Assembly (NCBI GenBank): GCA_963837955.1 | Contig: CAWIPH010000002.1 | Location: forward strand, 640,001 to 704,000 | Length of the DNA: 64,000 nucleotides | DNA from: an uncultured Verrucomicrobiae bacterium | GTDB taxonomy: Bacteria > Verrucomicrobiota > Verrucomicrobiia > Chthoniobacterales > JAFAMB01 | Direction of reading: 5' to 3' | Part shown: piece by piece, positions 20,713-30,729 of the stretch | Layout of the letters: every line of letters starts with the position of its first letter | How positions within the stretch are numbered: the first letter of the stretch is position 1 | Translations under genes and position numbers: made by a program | Notes under the pieces: model-generated | Databases searched by the model: none | What the model was told of the DNA's origin: nothing | The model's input: only the letters and a program-made list of their open reading frames with translations

Positions 20713-21021
20713 ATGAATCCCTATATTTGTTTGATATTAGATGCCAAGGGTGCGGAGCGACGGCTTCAGAACGTGTTCGAGACAGGTCCCGAAAGCGCAG
20801 CAGGTCATCAATCGCTGGTCGCTGCCGCAACCAGTATTTGGACCGTTAGCTTTGCTCTGGTAATTTTCGGTGTAATGAAGGCCGCGTACAGCGAGCATCC
20901 CTCGGTTTGGCTGGCGATCTGGCCAGCTCCCATCGTGCTGGTTTCAACGATTACAGTTTTCCTTCGTCAGGGCTTCCACTACCGGAACGGTGTGTTGGTG
21001 CTCGGCCGACGCGCGCATTGA
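20713..21021 (+). CDS. Small hypothetical membrane protein (two TM segments)
   Basis: GAGG RBS, two hydrophobic segments, downstream of the operator/promoter. Confidence 0.55.
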   Translation: MNPYICLILDAKGAERRLQNVFETGPESAAGHQSLVAAATSIWTVSFALVIFGVMKAAYSEHPSVWLAIWPAPIVLVSTITVFLRQGFHYRNGVLVLGRRAH

Positions 21022-21177
21022 TTTTCGGTGGTCCGGAAGTCGGCCGCTAGCGTTCAAATTCGGTCCTTTTTTGTTCTTTTCGTGCGTGCACAGTGATTTT
21101 TGTTAAAACCACCAATGTCTACAAGTAATATCCTTAGGACGAAAGAGTTACATATATATATGCCATTGGTTCACTAT

Positions 21178-21189
21178 ATTGTTGACAAT
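21178..21189. promoter_or_regulatory. Palindromic operator upstream of the gntR-family gene
   Basis: ATTGTTGACAAT, identical to 20607-20618. Confidence 0.65.
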
Positions 21190-21222
21190 CTCTGCATACG
21201 ATGATTTTATTGTTGGAAGAAA

Positions 21223-21912
21223 ATGAGCGGATCCCTTACCAAGAATAGTGCATCTCAGACCCCTTCTCGTGCTGTCGACGTAGAGCGCACCGTCGCCCAA
21301 TGGATTTTCAAAGGCGAACTAACAGCTGGTCAAAAGCTCACCGAACAAGATGTGGCTCTGCGCCTCGGTGTTAGCCGCGGTCCCGTCAGAGAAGCTTTTC
21401 GCGCATTGGAAGATCTTGGTCTGGTTCAAATCGAACAGCATCGTGGAGCCTTCGTGCGCAAGATCGATTTGGACGAGGCGGTTGAAATCCATGACGTGTT
21501 CTCCGCATTGGAGGAACTTGCCGCCCGCAATGCCGCGCGCCGGCTTTCTGGTACCCAAATCGCGGAACTGAGGCCCCTCGTGGAATCGATGGATGCGGCC
21601 GCGGAAGCTGAAGATCTTGATCGATATTACTCTCTCAATCTCAGTTTCCACCAGCGGTTGGTGGAGGGGTCCGGCAACCAAAGACTTTTGAGCGTCTATA
21701 GTCGTCTGCTCAACGAACTTCATCTCTTTCGGCGCGTTGGCCTGATGCAGCGAGGAGAGATGCAACGCTCCAATCACGAGCATCATCAGATTCTCGACAA
21801 GATTGCCGCAGGTGACCCGGAGGGGGCGGCGGAGGCGATGCGGACTCACACCAGCGAACGACGCCGCAAGATGTTGTTAGGGTCGGACAGATTTGATCCC
21901 AAATCCCATTGA
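21223..21912 (+). CDS. GntR family transcriptional regulator (FCD domain)
   Basis: LGVSRGPVREAF HTH; N..FH..L...SGN and EH..I..AI..GD FCD motifs. Confidence 0.92.
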   Translation: MSGSLTKNSASQTPSRAVDVERTVAQWIFKGELTAGQKLTEQDVALRLGVSRGPVREAFRALEDLGLVQIEQHRGAFVRKIDLDEAVEIHDVFSALEELAARNAARRLSGTQIAELRPLVESMDAAAEAEDLDRYYSLNLSFHQRLVEGSGNQRLLSVYSRLLNELHLFRRVGLMQRGEMQRSNHEHHQILDKIAAGDPEGAAEAMRTHTSERRRKMLLGSDRFDPKSH

Positions 21913-21959
21913 TTGATGAGGGGGAGGGCCGCTCCGGCGATCCGGTTGAAAGCTTTAAA

Positions 21960-22994
21960 ATGAAAAAACGCGGACAGAAAAAAGGAAGCCTACAGAACGG
22001 GTTCATTATCGCTCTGCTTTGCTCGGTAGGGCTGGCCTTTCTCTTCCCCAGTCCCGGCGCAAGAGGAGGCTGGATGCATCCGGATCTCTTGAACAACGCG
22101 GGGATCGCCTTGATTCTCTTTTTGCAAGGCTTGGCGATGGCAGTCGAACGAATGAAAAGTGGTGCCGGTAACTGGCGTCTCCATCTAATCATTCAAGGTT
22201 TTACCTTCCTCCTATTCCCGGTCGTTGGTTTGGCATTCCACGAGATCACCCGCGTTATCTGGCCTTCCGAACCGAGCGCCCTGCGGGACGGCTTTCTGTA
22301 TCTATGTGTGTTACCATCGACGGTTTCTACATCGGTGGTTCTGACGTCGGTAGCCAAAGGTAATACCTCCGGAGCTATCTTTAATGCGGCACTCTCAAAC
22401 ATTCTGGGTGTCATGTTTACCCCGCTATTAGTGCGACTGTTGATGCAGGCGAGCGGCCAAGTCAGTTCGTTCGGCCCACTTTTACTGAAGATCACTTTGC
22501 TCACTTTGGTGCCGTTCGCGATTGGCATGGGAAGCAGGCCCTTTGTACGGGAGTGGGTCGATGCGCGCAGATCGTGGCTTAACATCCTCAGCAACGGAGT
22601 AATCTTGCTCATCGTCTATACGGCTTTCTGCGATTCCGTTGAGGGAAGAATCTGGGAGCATTACGGCATCGGACTCACGGTTAAAGTACTCACAGGCGTT
22701 ATCGTACTGTTCACCACGGTTTCCTTGTTGGTTTGGGCGGTCTCCAATGCCGCGAGACTGGAAAGAGACGATTTCATCGCCGCCCTGTTTTGTTCCGTTA
22801 AGAAAACGCTCGCAATGGGTGTTCCGCTTGCGCAACTCATTTTCGGGGCCAAGGGAAACCTGGGATTAATCCTGTTGCCCATAATGTTTTATCACCCGTT
22901 CCAGCTGTTTGTTTGCGGACTGCTGGCCAATCACTTTTCCAATCAGAAACGGGAGATCTCGGTAGGCGAGGCGTCTCCGATCGGCCAATCGTAA
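21960..22994 (+). CDS. Bile acid:sodium symporter family (SBF-like/YfeH) transporter
   Basis: LPSTVSTSVVLT..A.GN, FCSVKKTLAMGVP, LPIMFYHPFQL motifs; many TM segments. Confidence 0.85.
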   Translation: MKKRGQKKGSLQNGFIIALLCSVGLAFLFPSPGARGGWMHPDLLNNAGIALILFLQGLAMAVERMKSGAGNWRLHLIIQGFTFLLFPVVGLAFHEITRVIWPSEPSALRDGFLYLCVLPSTVSTSVVLTSVAKGNTSGAIFNAALSNILGVMFTPLLVRLLMQASGQVSSFGPLLLKITLLTLVPFAIGMGSRPFVREWVDARRSWLNILSNGVILLIVYTAFCDSVEGRIWEHYGIGLTVKVLTGVIVLFTTVSLLVWAVSNAARLERDDFIAALFCSVKKTLAMGVPLAQLIFGAKGNLGLILLPIMFYHPFQLFVCGLLANHFSNQKREISVGEASPIGQS

Positions 22995-23021
22995 TTGTGC
23001 TGTTAACTCACTAAACAGAAT

Positions 23022-26000
23022 ATGTGGATCGTAAAAATCGCTCTCAAAGCTCCCTACACATTTACCGTTCTCGCGATATTGCTGATGATTGGAGGTGCCC
23101 TGAGCGCGCTGCAGATGCCGAAGGATATTTTTCCGGTAATTAACATCCCAGTCGTCGGCGTCATTTGGACGTTCAATGGCATGCCCGCTCAGGAAATGGA
23201 ACGTCGAATAACGACTGTCTCCGAGAGGGCATTGACCACGACGGTCAATAACATCGAGCATATCGAATCCAACTCTTTCAATGGTATCGATGTTATCAAG
23301 GTATACCTGCAGCCGGGTGCCAGTGTGGATGCGGCCATCGCTGAAACCACGGCGGCATGTCAGGCGATTCTTAAAACGCTGCCGGCAGGTATCACTCCAC
23401 CGAATGTGCTCAGCTACAACGCGGCCAATGTACCGGTGTTACAGCTCAGTGTCGGTGGAGGGAAGTTTTCCGAGCAGGAACTTTACGACTTTGCTACCAA
23501 TTTCATTCGTACGCAGCTCGCGACCGTACAGGGTGCATCCATTCCCCTGCCTTATGGCGGCAAAACGAGAGCTGTCTCGGTGGACCTGGACCCTAGCAAG
23601 CTGCAGGCCCATAACATCTCACCGCAAGACGTTACCGACGCAATCAATCAGCAAAGCGTAATACTACCATCCGGTACAGCGAAGATCGGTAAACGCGAGT
23701 ACGACGTCCTGTTTAATAGTAATACCGACACGATCCAGGCGTTGAATAATCTGCCGATTAAGGAGGTGAACGGCGCGACCATCTACATTCGAGATGTAGC
23801 CAACGTTCGCGACGGCTACACGCCGCAGGTGAATATGGTGCTCGCTAACGGCGTTAAGGCCTCGCTCTTACCGGTGCTGAAGAGTGGAAGTGCCTCCACG
23901 CTCGATGTGGTGTCTAAGGTCCAGGCAGCGTTACCTGGAATAGCCGCTACTTTGCCCAAGGAATTGGAGATCAAGCCACTGTTTGATCAGTCGGTTTTCG
24001 TGAGTACAGCGCTCGCTGACGTCGGACAAGAAGCAGTTATTGCCGCGTCTTTGACCGCCGCAATGATCCTCATGTTTCTGGGCTCCTGGCGAAGTACCGT
24101 GGTTGTAGCCACCTCTATCCCACTTTCGATCTGTTGCTCGATATTAGCTCTTCGGGCGATGGGCCAAACCCTGAACATTATGACCTTAGGCGGTCTGGCG
24201 TTAGCCGTGGGTATCCTGGTCGACGACGCGACTGTCACCATTGAGAATATCCATCGCAATTTGGCCATGGGAAAATCGTTAATCGATGGAATCCTGGACG
24301 GCGCCGATCAAATCGCTACACCGGCTTTCGTTGCGACCCTTTCTATCTGCATCGTCTTTGTTCCAATCTTTTTGTTAGGAGGAGTTGCCTACTACCTGTT
24401 TTCGCCTCTGGCTATGGCGGTAGTGTTTGCCATGCTGGCATCCTACATCTTGTCGCGGACGGTGGTGCCGACCATGGTGAATTTTTTGCTCAAAGACGAG
24501 CACCACTCGGAGAATCCTCAGGAAGGCAAAGTGAGCAAGCGAAACTGGTTTGCTCGCTTCCATGAAGGATTCAATCAACGATTCGAGCAGGCGCGGAACT
24601 TCTATGTTGGTAGATTGGAGTGGGCACTTAGACACGCTCGCCTAGTCGTTGGCGTTAGTCTGGGAGTCGTCGTGCTCTCACTTGTTATCCTGGTGCCATT
24701 CCTCGGTGAGGATTTCTTCCCATTAGTTGATGCGGGTCAATTTCGGTTGCATGTGCGCGCGCCGGTCGGCACTCGGATCGAGGAGACCCAGCATGTTTTT
24801 ACGCAAGTCGAGAATGTCATTCGAAGTGTAATCCCGAAGAACGAGATTGATCTGGTGCTCGCTAACATCGGTCTCCCGATGAATCTAAACCTTGCTTTGA
24901 GTGACACTGCTACGATCAGTTCTGCCGATGGAGAGATCCTGGTGTCGCTCAACCAGCAGAAGCATGGTCCGACCTGGGATTATGTTAAGAAGATCCGTCA
25001 GGAACTGATAGCTCAATACCCGAACTATACGTTTTTCGTGCAGCCCTCGGATATTGTCGGCCAAATACTGAATGCTGGGCTCCCGGCACCGATCGATGTC
25101 CAGGTGGTCGGTGGCGACCAAGAGAAGAACTACCAGATCGCCCAGCAACTCCGTCAACAGATCGCGCAGATTCCTGGAGCAGTGGACGTGAACGTCCACC
25201 AGATTGTTAATAATCCGTCTTTGTTGGTAGACATTGATCGAACTCGCGCGGATCAACTCAACCTGACAGAAAAGCAGATTGCCAATGATCTACTGGTTTC
25301 GTTAAGCGGTAGCGCACAAACCGCACCGAACTTCTGGCTGAACCCTCAGAATGGAGTGAGTTACAGCATTGCGGTGCAAACGCCGCAGTACGTGATCGAT
25401 TCAGCCGCCGATATCTATCGGACTCCTATCACCACGACGAACGGTCTTCAACCGCAACTCTTGAGTAACGTTGCTTCTATCCATAATACGGCTACACCGG
25501 TCGTGGTAAGCCATTACAATGTGCAGCGCGTCTTCGACGTCTACGCGAATACTCAAAATAGAGATTTAGGCGGGGTGGCACAACAAGTGCAAAAAATCGT
25601 CGATCAAATGAAGCCGAATCTACCGCGCGGCGCCACGCTGGCAGTTCGTGGTCAGATTCAGAGCATGAACTCTTCTTACGTCGGACTGGGGGTTGGTATC
25701 GCTTTTGCAATACTGCTGGTCTACTTCCTGTTGGTAGTTAACTTTCAGAGCTGGCTCGATCCGTTCATCATCATTACTGCCCTTCCTGGTGCGCTTACCG
25801 GCATCGTCTGGATGCTCTTTCTCACCGGCACAACCATTAGCGTGCCGGCGCTGATGGGAACGATCATGTGTATTGGTGTCGCAACCGCAAACAGTATTCT
25901 GGTGGTGACCTTCGCAAATGATCAGCTTCGTGAAGGTAAAGATGCCTTCTCGGCGGCTAAAGAAGCCGGATTCACACGTCTGCGACCCGTGATCATGACC

Positions 26001-26240
26001 GCGCTGGCAATGATCCTCGGTATGTTGCCAATGTCACTTGGATTAGGGTCCGGTGGAGAGCAAAACGCTCCTCTTGGCCGCGCGGTGATCGGAGGACTGA
26101 CCGTCGCATCACTTTTCACTCTGTTCTTCGTGCCGGTTGTTTACAAATTGTTGAAGCGGAACTTCAAACCGCGTGCACTACATCCGCGCCTGCGCTCCAG
26201 GCCAGAGGAAGAGAGTCGCGCGCCAGCCCCGGCTTCGTAG
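23022..26240 (+). CDS. RND efflux transporter permease (AcrB/AcrD/AcrF family), copy 1
   Basis: LNIMTLGGLALAVGILVDDA.V.IENI, RLRPVIMT, PLGRAVIGG. Confidence 0.95.
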   Translation: MWIVKIALKAPYTFTVLAILLMIGGALSALQMPKDIFPVINIPVVGVIWTFNGMPAQEMERRITTVSERALTTTVNNIEHIESNSFNGIDVIKVYLQPGASVDAAIAETTAACQAILKTLPAGITPPNVLSYNAANVPVLQLSVGGGKFSEQELYDFATNFIRTQLATVQGASIPLPYGGKTRAVSVDLDPSKLQAHNISPQDVTDAINQQSVILPSGTAKIGKREYDVLFNSNTDTIQALNNLPIKEVNGATIYIRDVANVRDGYTPQVNMVLANGVKASLLPVLKSGSASTLDVVSKVQAALPGIAATLPKELEIKPLFDQSVFVSTALADVGQEAVIAASLTAAMILMFLGSWRSTVVVATSIPLSICCSILALRAMGQTLNIMTLGGLALAVGILVDDATVTIENIHRNLAMGKSLIDGILDGADQIATPAFVATLSICIVFVPIFLLGGVAYYLFSPLAMAVVFAMLASYILSRTVVPTMVNFLLKDEHHSENPQEGKVSKRNWFARFHEGFNQRFEQARNFYVGRLEWALRHARLVVGVSLGVVVLSLVILVPFLGEDFFPLVDAGQFRLHVRAPVGTRIEETQHVFTQVENVIRSVIPKNEIDLVLANIGLPMNLNLALSDTATISSADGEILVSLNQQKHGPTWDYVKKIRQELIAQYPNYTFFVQPSDIVGQILNAGLPAPIDVQVVGGDQEKNYQIAQQLRQQIAQIPGAVDVNVHQIVNNPSLLVDIDRTRADQLNLTEKQIANDLLVSLSGSAQTAPNFWLNPQNGVSYSIAVQTPQYVIDSAADIYRTPITTTNGLQPQLLSNVASIHNTATPVVVSHYNVQRVFDVYANTQNRDLGGVAQQVQKIVDQMKPNLPRGATLAVRGQIQSMNSSYVGLGVGIAFAILLVYFLLVVNFQSWLDPFIIITALPGALTGIVWMLFLTGTTISVPALMGTIMCIGVATANSILVVTFANDQLREGKDAFSAAKEAGFTRLRPVIMTALAMILGMLPMSLGLGSGGEQNAPLGRAVIGGLTVASLFTLFFVPVVYKLLKRNFKPRALHPRLRSRPEEESRAPAPAS

Positions 26241-26269
26241 TAGAAAGTGTCCACAAAGGCAAATCCATT

Positions 26270-27511
26270 ATGAACGAAAATAATGAACCTGGTACCCCGC
26301 CGGTGACCGAACCGATGACTGAAGGACCAGAGAGGCAACGCTCCGGGCGCACCCGGCGTCCTCGTTTAATCCTGAAGACGCCAATAGCAATAGCCGCTCT
26401 CGTTGCGATTGGTGCTGGTGTCTATTTTCTAGCTATCTATCCGCGAATTCAGAATAGCCAGGAACTCAATGTAGCGGCCGCCGCAGCGGGAATGAGAGCG
26501 GTAACGGTAGTAACACCTACGCACACATCGAGTGCACCCGACCTGGTGCTTCCGGGCAATATTCAGGCGAATCAGCAGACATCCATCTATGCCCGAGTCG
26601 ATGGCTATATCGCACGATGGTATACCGATATCGGCGCACATGTAGAGCCAGGCCAAGTGCTGGCTGATATTGATGCTCCACAAATTGATGCCAATCTGCG
26701 GATGGCCCAAGCCCAACTGGAACTGGCGGAAGCTAATCTCAAGTTGGCTCAAACCAATTCAGTGCGTTCGCAACAGCTCTTCCAGAACCGGGTCAATTCC
26801 CAGCAGGAACTCGACACGGTATTGGCGACCGAGCAAGTCCAAAAAGCGACTCGGGACAACGCGGCGGCATCGCTCCAGAGCGCGCAGGATATGAAGGCGT
26901 TTGAACAGATTCGCGCGCCATTCGCCGGAACGATCACCGCGCGGTTCATTGATGTTGGATCTTTGGTTACATCAGGCAGTGTCACGACTGTCCATACGCT
27001 TTTTGACTTGGTTCAATCTGATCCGGTTCGCGTGTTGGTGCATGTCCCACAGGCGGATATTAGCAGTGTGAAACCCGGCACACCGGCTACCATCGCTGTA
27101 GATGAATATCCTAACGAGACATTTGCTGGAAAGATAGCAAGAGACGCCGGGGCATTCGATCCAACTTCGCGGACGCTTCTATTGGAGATTGACGTTCCGA
27201 ATCTGGACGGTCGGCTGTTTGCCGGCATGTACGCTCACGCCAAATTCTCACTGCCAAGCCCGACGGCAGCCCTATTGATACCGGATAACGCAATTCTGAT
27301 CGACGCAAAAGGACAGAGGATCGTCGTCGTCGATTCCTCTAACAAAATCCAAATCAAATCGGTTAAGTTGGGCCGCGACTTTGGTACCAAGACAGAGATT
27401 CTCAGTGGACTCGAAGCCCAGGACCGAGTGGTGCAGAACCCAGCTGACGATTTACATGAAGGGATGCCTGTATCGATCCAAAGCACCACGCAAGGAGCGC
27501 CCGCTAATTAG
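26270..27511 (+). CDS. RND periplasmic adaptor (membrane fusion protein)
   Basis: N-terminal TM, ARVDGYI..WY.DIG, IRAPFAGTIT. Confidence 0.92.
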   Translation: MNENNEPGTPPVTEPMTEGPERQRSGRTRRPRLILKTPIAIAALVAIGAGVYFLAIYPRIQNSQELNVAAAAAGMRAVTVVTPTHTSSAPDLVLPGNIQANQQTSIYARVDGYIARWYTDIGAHVEPGQVLADIDAPQIDANLRMAQAQLELAEANLKLAQTNSVRSQQLFQNRVNSQQELDTVLATEQVQKATRDNAAASLQSAQDMKAFEQIRAPFAGTITARFIDVGSLVTSGSVTTVHTLFDLVQSDPVRVLVHVPQADISSVKPGTPATIAVDEYPNETFAGKIARDAGAFDPTSRTLLLEIDVPNLDGRLFAGMYAHAKFSLPSPTAALLIPDNAILIDAKGQRIVVVDSSNKIQIKSVKLGRDFGTKTEILSGLEAQDRVVQNPADDLHEGMPVSIQSTTQGAPAN

Positions 27512-27635
27512 CTCATCGGCAAACGTGTTGTTGAATGAACAATAGACATCGGTCGGGGCAACCGACCTCGTTAGTTACGAAAGCCGGGCTTGAACTTATT
27601 ACCAACTAATACCCCAGAAAAAATGGAAACTGACA

Positions 27636-28817
27636 ATGAAAGTTAACACTCTTGATGATGATCGTCCGGGTCTCACTCGGCGCCAACTCTTAAGCCTTGC
27701 CACTCTCACCAGCGCTGGATTGGCTGCGGCATCGGTGGGTGTTCCCGAAGCCAAAGGCGCTCCAAAGCCAGGAGAACAGTACGAACCCCTCGAGGATTTT
27801 AAACATGACTTGGAGGGGAGTGAAGGCTGGGTCGGCGCGGGCGGTTCGGCCAAGGAATCGACCGTTAAGCAATTGCCGGTAGCGACAAGTATTGCCGGCG
27901 TTTCCATGCGATTGAAACCGGGCGGGCTCCGTGAACTGCACTGGCACGCGATCGCCGGCGAGTGGGCCTATGTTGTAAAGGGAAATGTGCGGACCACGGT
28001 GATCTCTCCAAATGGCGAAGCCGCACAGGATGATTTCGGACCAGGTGACGTCTGGTTCTTCCCCAAAGGACATGGCCACGCCCTGCAATGCCTGGGTCCC
28101 GATGAGGCTCATTTTATTCTCGGCTTTGATGATGGCCATTTCAGTGAATTTGGAACCTTCTCGATCACTGACTGGGTCGGTCACACTTCGGCGAATGTAC
28201 TCTCTCAAAATCTTGGGTTACCTGCGTCGGCCTTCGCTAATTTCCCGAAAAGCGAGGCATATATCCTACCGGGACAAGTACCGCCGGCGGAGCAGCAGCC
28301 CTTGCGGGAGTTCAACCAGCAAACTAACCAATTCCCTCATAAATACCGTTTGGACTCTTCGCCTCCCCTCGAGTTTCCCGGCGGAGAACTGCGCATAGTA
28401 TCGCAAAAAGAGTTTCCTATCCAAAACACGCTGACCGGCGCGACCATGGCGCTCAAGCCGGGCGCACTTCGGGAAATGCATTGGCATCCGAACGCCGACG
28501 AATGGCAGTTCTATCTTTCCGGCCGGGCCCGCGTAACCATATTCGGAGCGCATGGCAGAACAAAGACCGCAGCGTTTGGTCCGGGTGAGGTCGCTTTTAT
28601 CAAGCAAGGGTTTGGCCACTTTGTTGAGCAGATTGGAGACGAACCCACCAAGGTGCTTATTCTATTTAACTCACCTGTTTACCAGGAAATCAACCTTTCC
28701 ACCTGGCTCGCGACTAACCCGGTTGGGATCCTCACCAACAACTTCGGCATCAGCGCAGAGCTGGCCGATGGATTGCCTAGGGAGAGTATCGTAATCGCGG
28801 CACCCCGAGCGGGCTAA
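27636..28817 (+). CDS. oxdC: Oxalate decarboxylase family bicupin with twin-arginine signal peptide
   Basis: RELHWH..E and GHGH (cupin 1), REMHWHPNADEW and GFGH (cupin 2), lid FSEFGTF; N-terminal TRRQLL + hydrophobic stretch + AKG/A. Confidence 0.85.
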   Translation: MKVNTLDDDRPGLTRRQLLSLATLTSAGLAAASVGVPEAKGAPKPGEQYEPLEDFKHDLEGSEGWVGAGGSAKESTVKQLPVATSIAGVSMRLKPGGLRELHWHAIAGEWAYVVKGNVRTTVISPNGEAAQDDFGPGDVWFFPKGHGHALQCLGPDEAHFILGFDDGHFSEFGTFSITDWVGHTSANVLSQNLGLPASAFANFPKSEAYILPGQVPPAEQQPLREFNQQTNQFPHKYRLDSSPPLEFPGGELRIVSQKEFPIQNTLTGATMALKPGALREMHWHPNADEWQFYLSGRARVTIFGAHGRTKTAAFGPGEVAFIKQGFGHFVEQIGDEPTKVLILFNSPVYQEINLSTWLATNPVGILTNNFGISAELADGLPRESIVIAAPRAG

Positions 28818-28823
28818 TCCTAG

Positions 28824-28900
28824 TTTGGACTTAACGGCATGGAGTCGAACGGATCCGCCCCATGACGGTCAATAACATTGAACATATCGAATCCGAATCC
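28824..28900 (+). pseudogene. Short decayed remnant of an RND permease 5' region
   Basis: 28861-28894 matches 23237-23270 at 31/34 nt and encodes TVNNIEHIES; upstream TTTGGAC..AACGGCATG resembles 23164-23183. Confidence 0.6.
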
Positions 28901-28989
28901 CGCTCATTACTAACCATTGGTCGTGATAAATCGGGCGGTGTTGCTAACGAGCTACGCTGGAAAGCCGGAATGAAATCAAGGAAAGAATT

Positions 28990-30729
28990 ATGACTACGAC
29001 GCTTCAGCCTGGACGGCGCATCTCCCCGGAAATCACGAGTGTGGTCAATAACCATCGCGATTGGCGAATCCCAGTCAAACCCAACGGCGAGGAAATCACT
29101 CGGCGTAGGCAGATAGAGAAGAAGCTGCCCGCCGTAACGGGACCTGCTTCCCCCGTGAACAGGATAAGTCATGGCGGCAGTTGGGGTTGGCATGTTTCAA
29201 CGGGAGCGGTCTATTGCTCAAGAGAACATTTGCGAATTTTTGGTTTCGATCCGGAAAAAGTGAAGCCCTCCTATTCGCTGTTCCTGGAGAGGATTCATCC
29301 CGCAGATCGTCCCTTGTTCGAACAGATGCTCCACCGGTCGGTTTGGGAGAGCGGCGACTTCGAACATGACTATCGAATTATTCTTCCGGACGGATCGACA
29401 AGATTTCTTCGGAGTGCGGGTCGATCCTTCGTTAATCAGTCCGGGGAGCGTGAGTTCATCGGCACCGTTTTAGACATCACCGACTTGAAGCGGGTGGAGG
29501 AAATCAAGGCGGCCGTGGCGCGTGAGCGGGAGGTGTTTGGGCAGCAGCGCGCTGCAGAGCTAGCAAAGGCGAATGACGGTTTGGGCCGTTACCTCGACTC
29601 ACTGGCCTCAGCGCCCGAACCGGACGAGTTCCTCGGACAAATTATGGGCGCCATCACCAGCCAACTCGGGGCGGTCTCTTCTACGCTGCGATTGTGTGAC
29701 TTCGAAAAGAATCTTCTAACTCTGCGATTGGTTTTCCAAAACGGTCGGCTGATGTCTCCGGCCGAGGCAGGCTATCCAGAAGCTTGGCGATTCTGGCCGC
29801 TCGGGGGGACCTGTTTCGATTGTTTCGACCCGCTTATTACGATACAGCGAGTCGCCGATCCGCAGGCAACGATTCCTGAAACCGAGCGCGCCTATCTGCT
29901 CGGACTCGGTGTCAAGACGATCCTGCTCATTCCCTTGAAATCGCGTGGTTACGCCGTCGGTCGTTTGAGTCTTCGTTTCGGGGAGGATCGCGATTTTTGC
30001 CCGGAAGAGCTCGAGATCGTAAGGGCCTTGGCCACGCAAGCTACCCTGGCTATTCAGCTCACCCGGCTAGCGAACACCGCCAGGCAGTCTGGCGTTCAGG
30101 AAGAGCGAAATCGGCTGGCTGGTGAGATTCATGACTCGCTGGGTCAAAGTTTTGTTGCGATCTCGATGCTGTTAGACGTTGCCGAATACGAAATGGCTGC
30201 CAAAGGGGCGGACCCGCTCTGCCATATTGCTCGAGCCAAGGAGTTGGCAAAGTTTGGCTTAGCAGAGGCGCGCCGGACCGCACTGAGTCTTCATCCGTTT
30301 TTTTTGGATAAGATCGGATTGAGCGAAAGCGTCCAGATGCTAGTTGAACGTTCGAACGTTCCGGGCCGGTTGCAATGCAGCTTCTTGGCTGATGATTCAT
30401 TGACCAACGATTTGCCGTTGGAAACGCAGCAGAATCTTTTACGGATCGCTCAGGAAGCAATCAGCAATGCAGTTCGCCACGCCAATCCAACCACCATCTC
30501 GGTAAGCCTTCACCAGGATAGCGGCTACCTAGAGCTTGAGATCCGAGATGACGGTGGCGGTATTTCTGCGACTCAGCTGTTGAACCAGAAGGGTTTAGGG
30601 CTGACCAATATGCAGAACCGTGCGAAGAAAATCGGGGCAAGCCTGGACATCCGCCCCGGCATCGGCGGCGGCACAGCCATTATCGTAACTCTACCTATCA
30701 ATACACAAACGTGTCAGATAAAAGTATGA
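28990..30729 (+). CDS. Cytoplasmic PAS-GAF sensor histidine kinase (HisKA_3, NarX/UhpB class)
   Basis: PAS (IHPADR...DIT), GAF, EERNRLAGEIHDSLGQ H-box, QEAISNAVRHA, DDGGG, GLGL.NM..RA; no TM segment. Confidence 0.9.
   Translation: MTTTLQPGRRISPEITSVVNNHRDWRIPVKPNGEEITRRRQIEKKLPAVTGPASPVNRISHGGSWGWHVSTGAVYCSREHLRIFGFDPEKVKPSYSLFLERIHPADRPLFEQMLHRSVWESGDFEHDYRIILPDGSTRFLRSAGRSFVNQSGEREFIGTVLDITDLKRVEEIKAAVAREREVFGQQRAAELAKANDGLGRYLDSLASAPEPDEFLGQIMGAITSQLGAVSSTLRLCDFEKNLLTLRLVFQNGRLMSPAEAGYPEAWRFWPLGGTCFDCFDPLITIQRVADPQATIPETERAYLLGLGVKTILLIPLKSRGYAVGRLSLRFGEDRDFCPEELEIVRALATQATLAIQLTRLANTARQSGVQEERNRLAGEIHDSLGQSFVAISMLLDVAEYEMAAKGADPLCHIARAKELAKFGLAEARRTALSLHPFFLDKIGLSESVQMLVERSNVPGRLQCSFLADDSLTNDLPLETQQNLLRIAQEAISNAVRHANPTTISVSLHQDSGYLELEIRDDGGGISATQLLNQKGLGLTNMQNRAKKIGASLDIRPGIGGGTAIIVTLPINTQTCQIKV

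Noticed and set aside
27512..27635. Possible c-di-GMP riboswitch before oxdC (GGCAAAC and a GGTCGG/CCGACC hairpin)
   Set aside because: Lacks the GAAA tetraloop and GACGCAAAG elements; only a short hairpin is supported.
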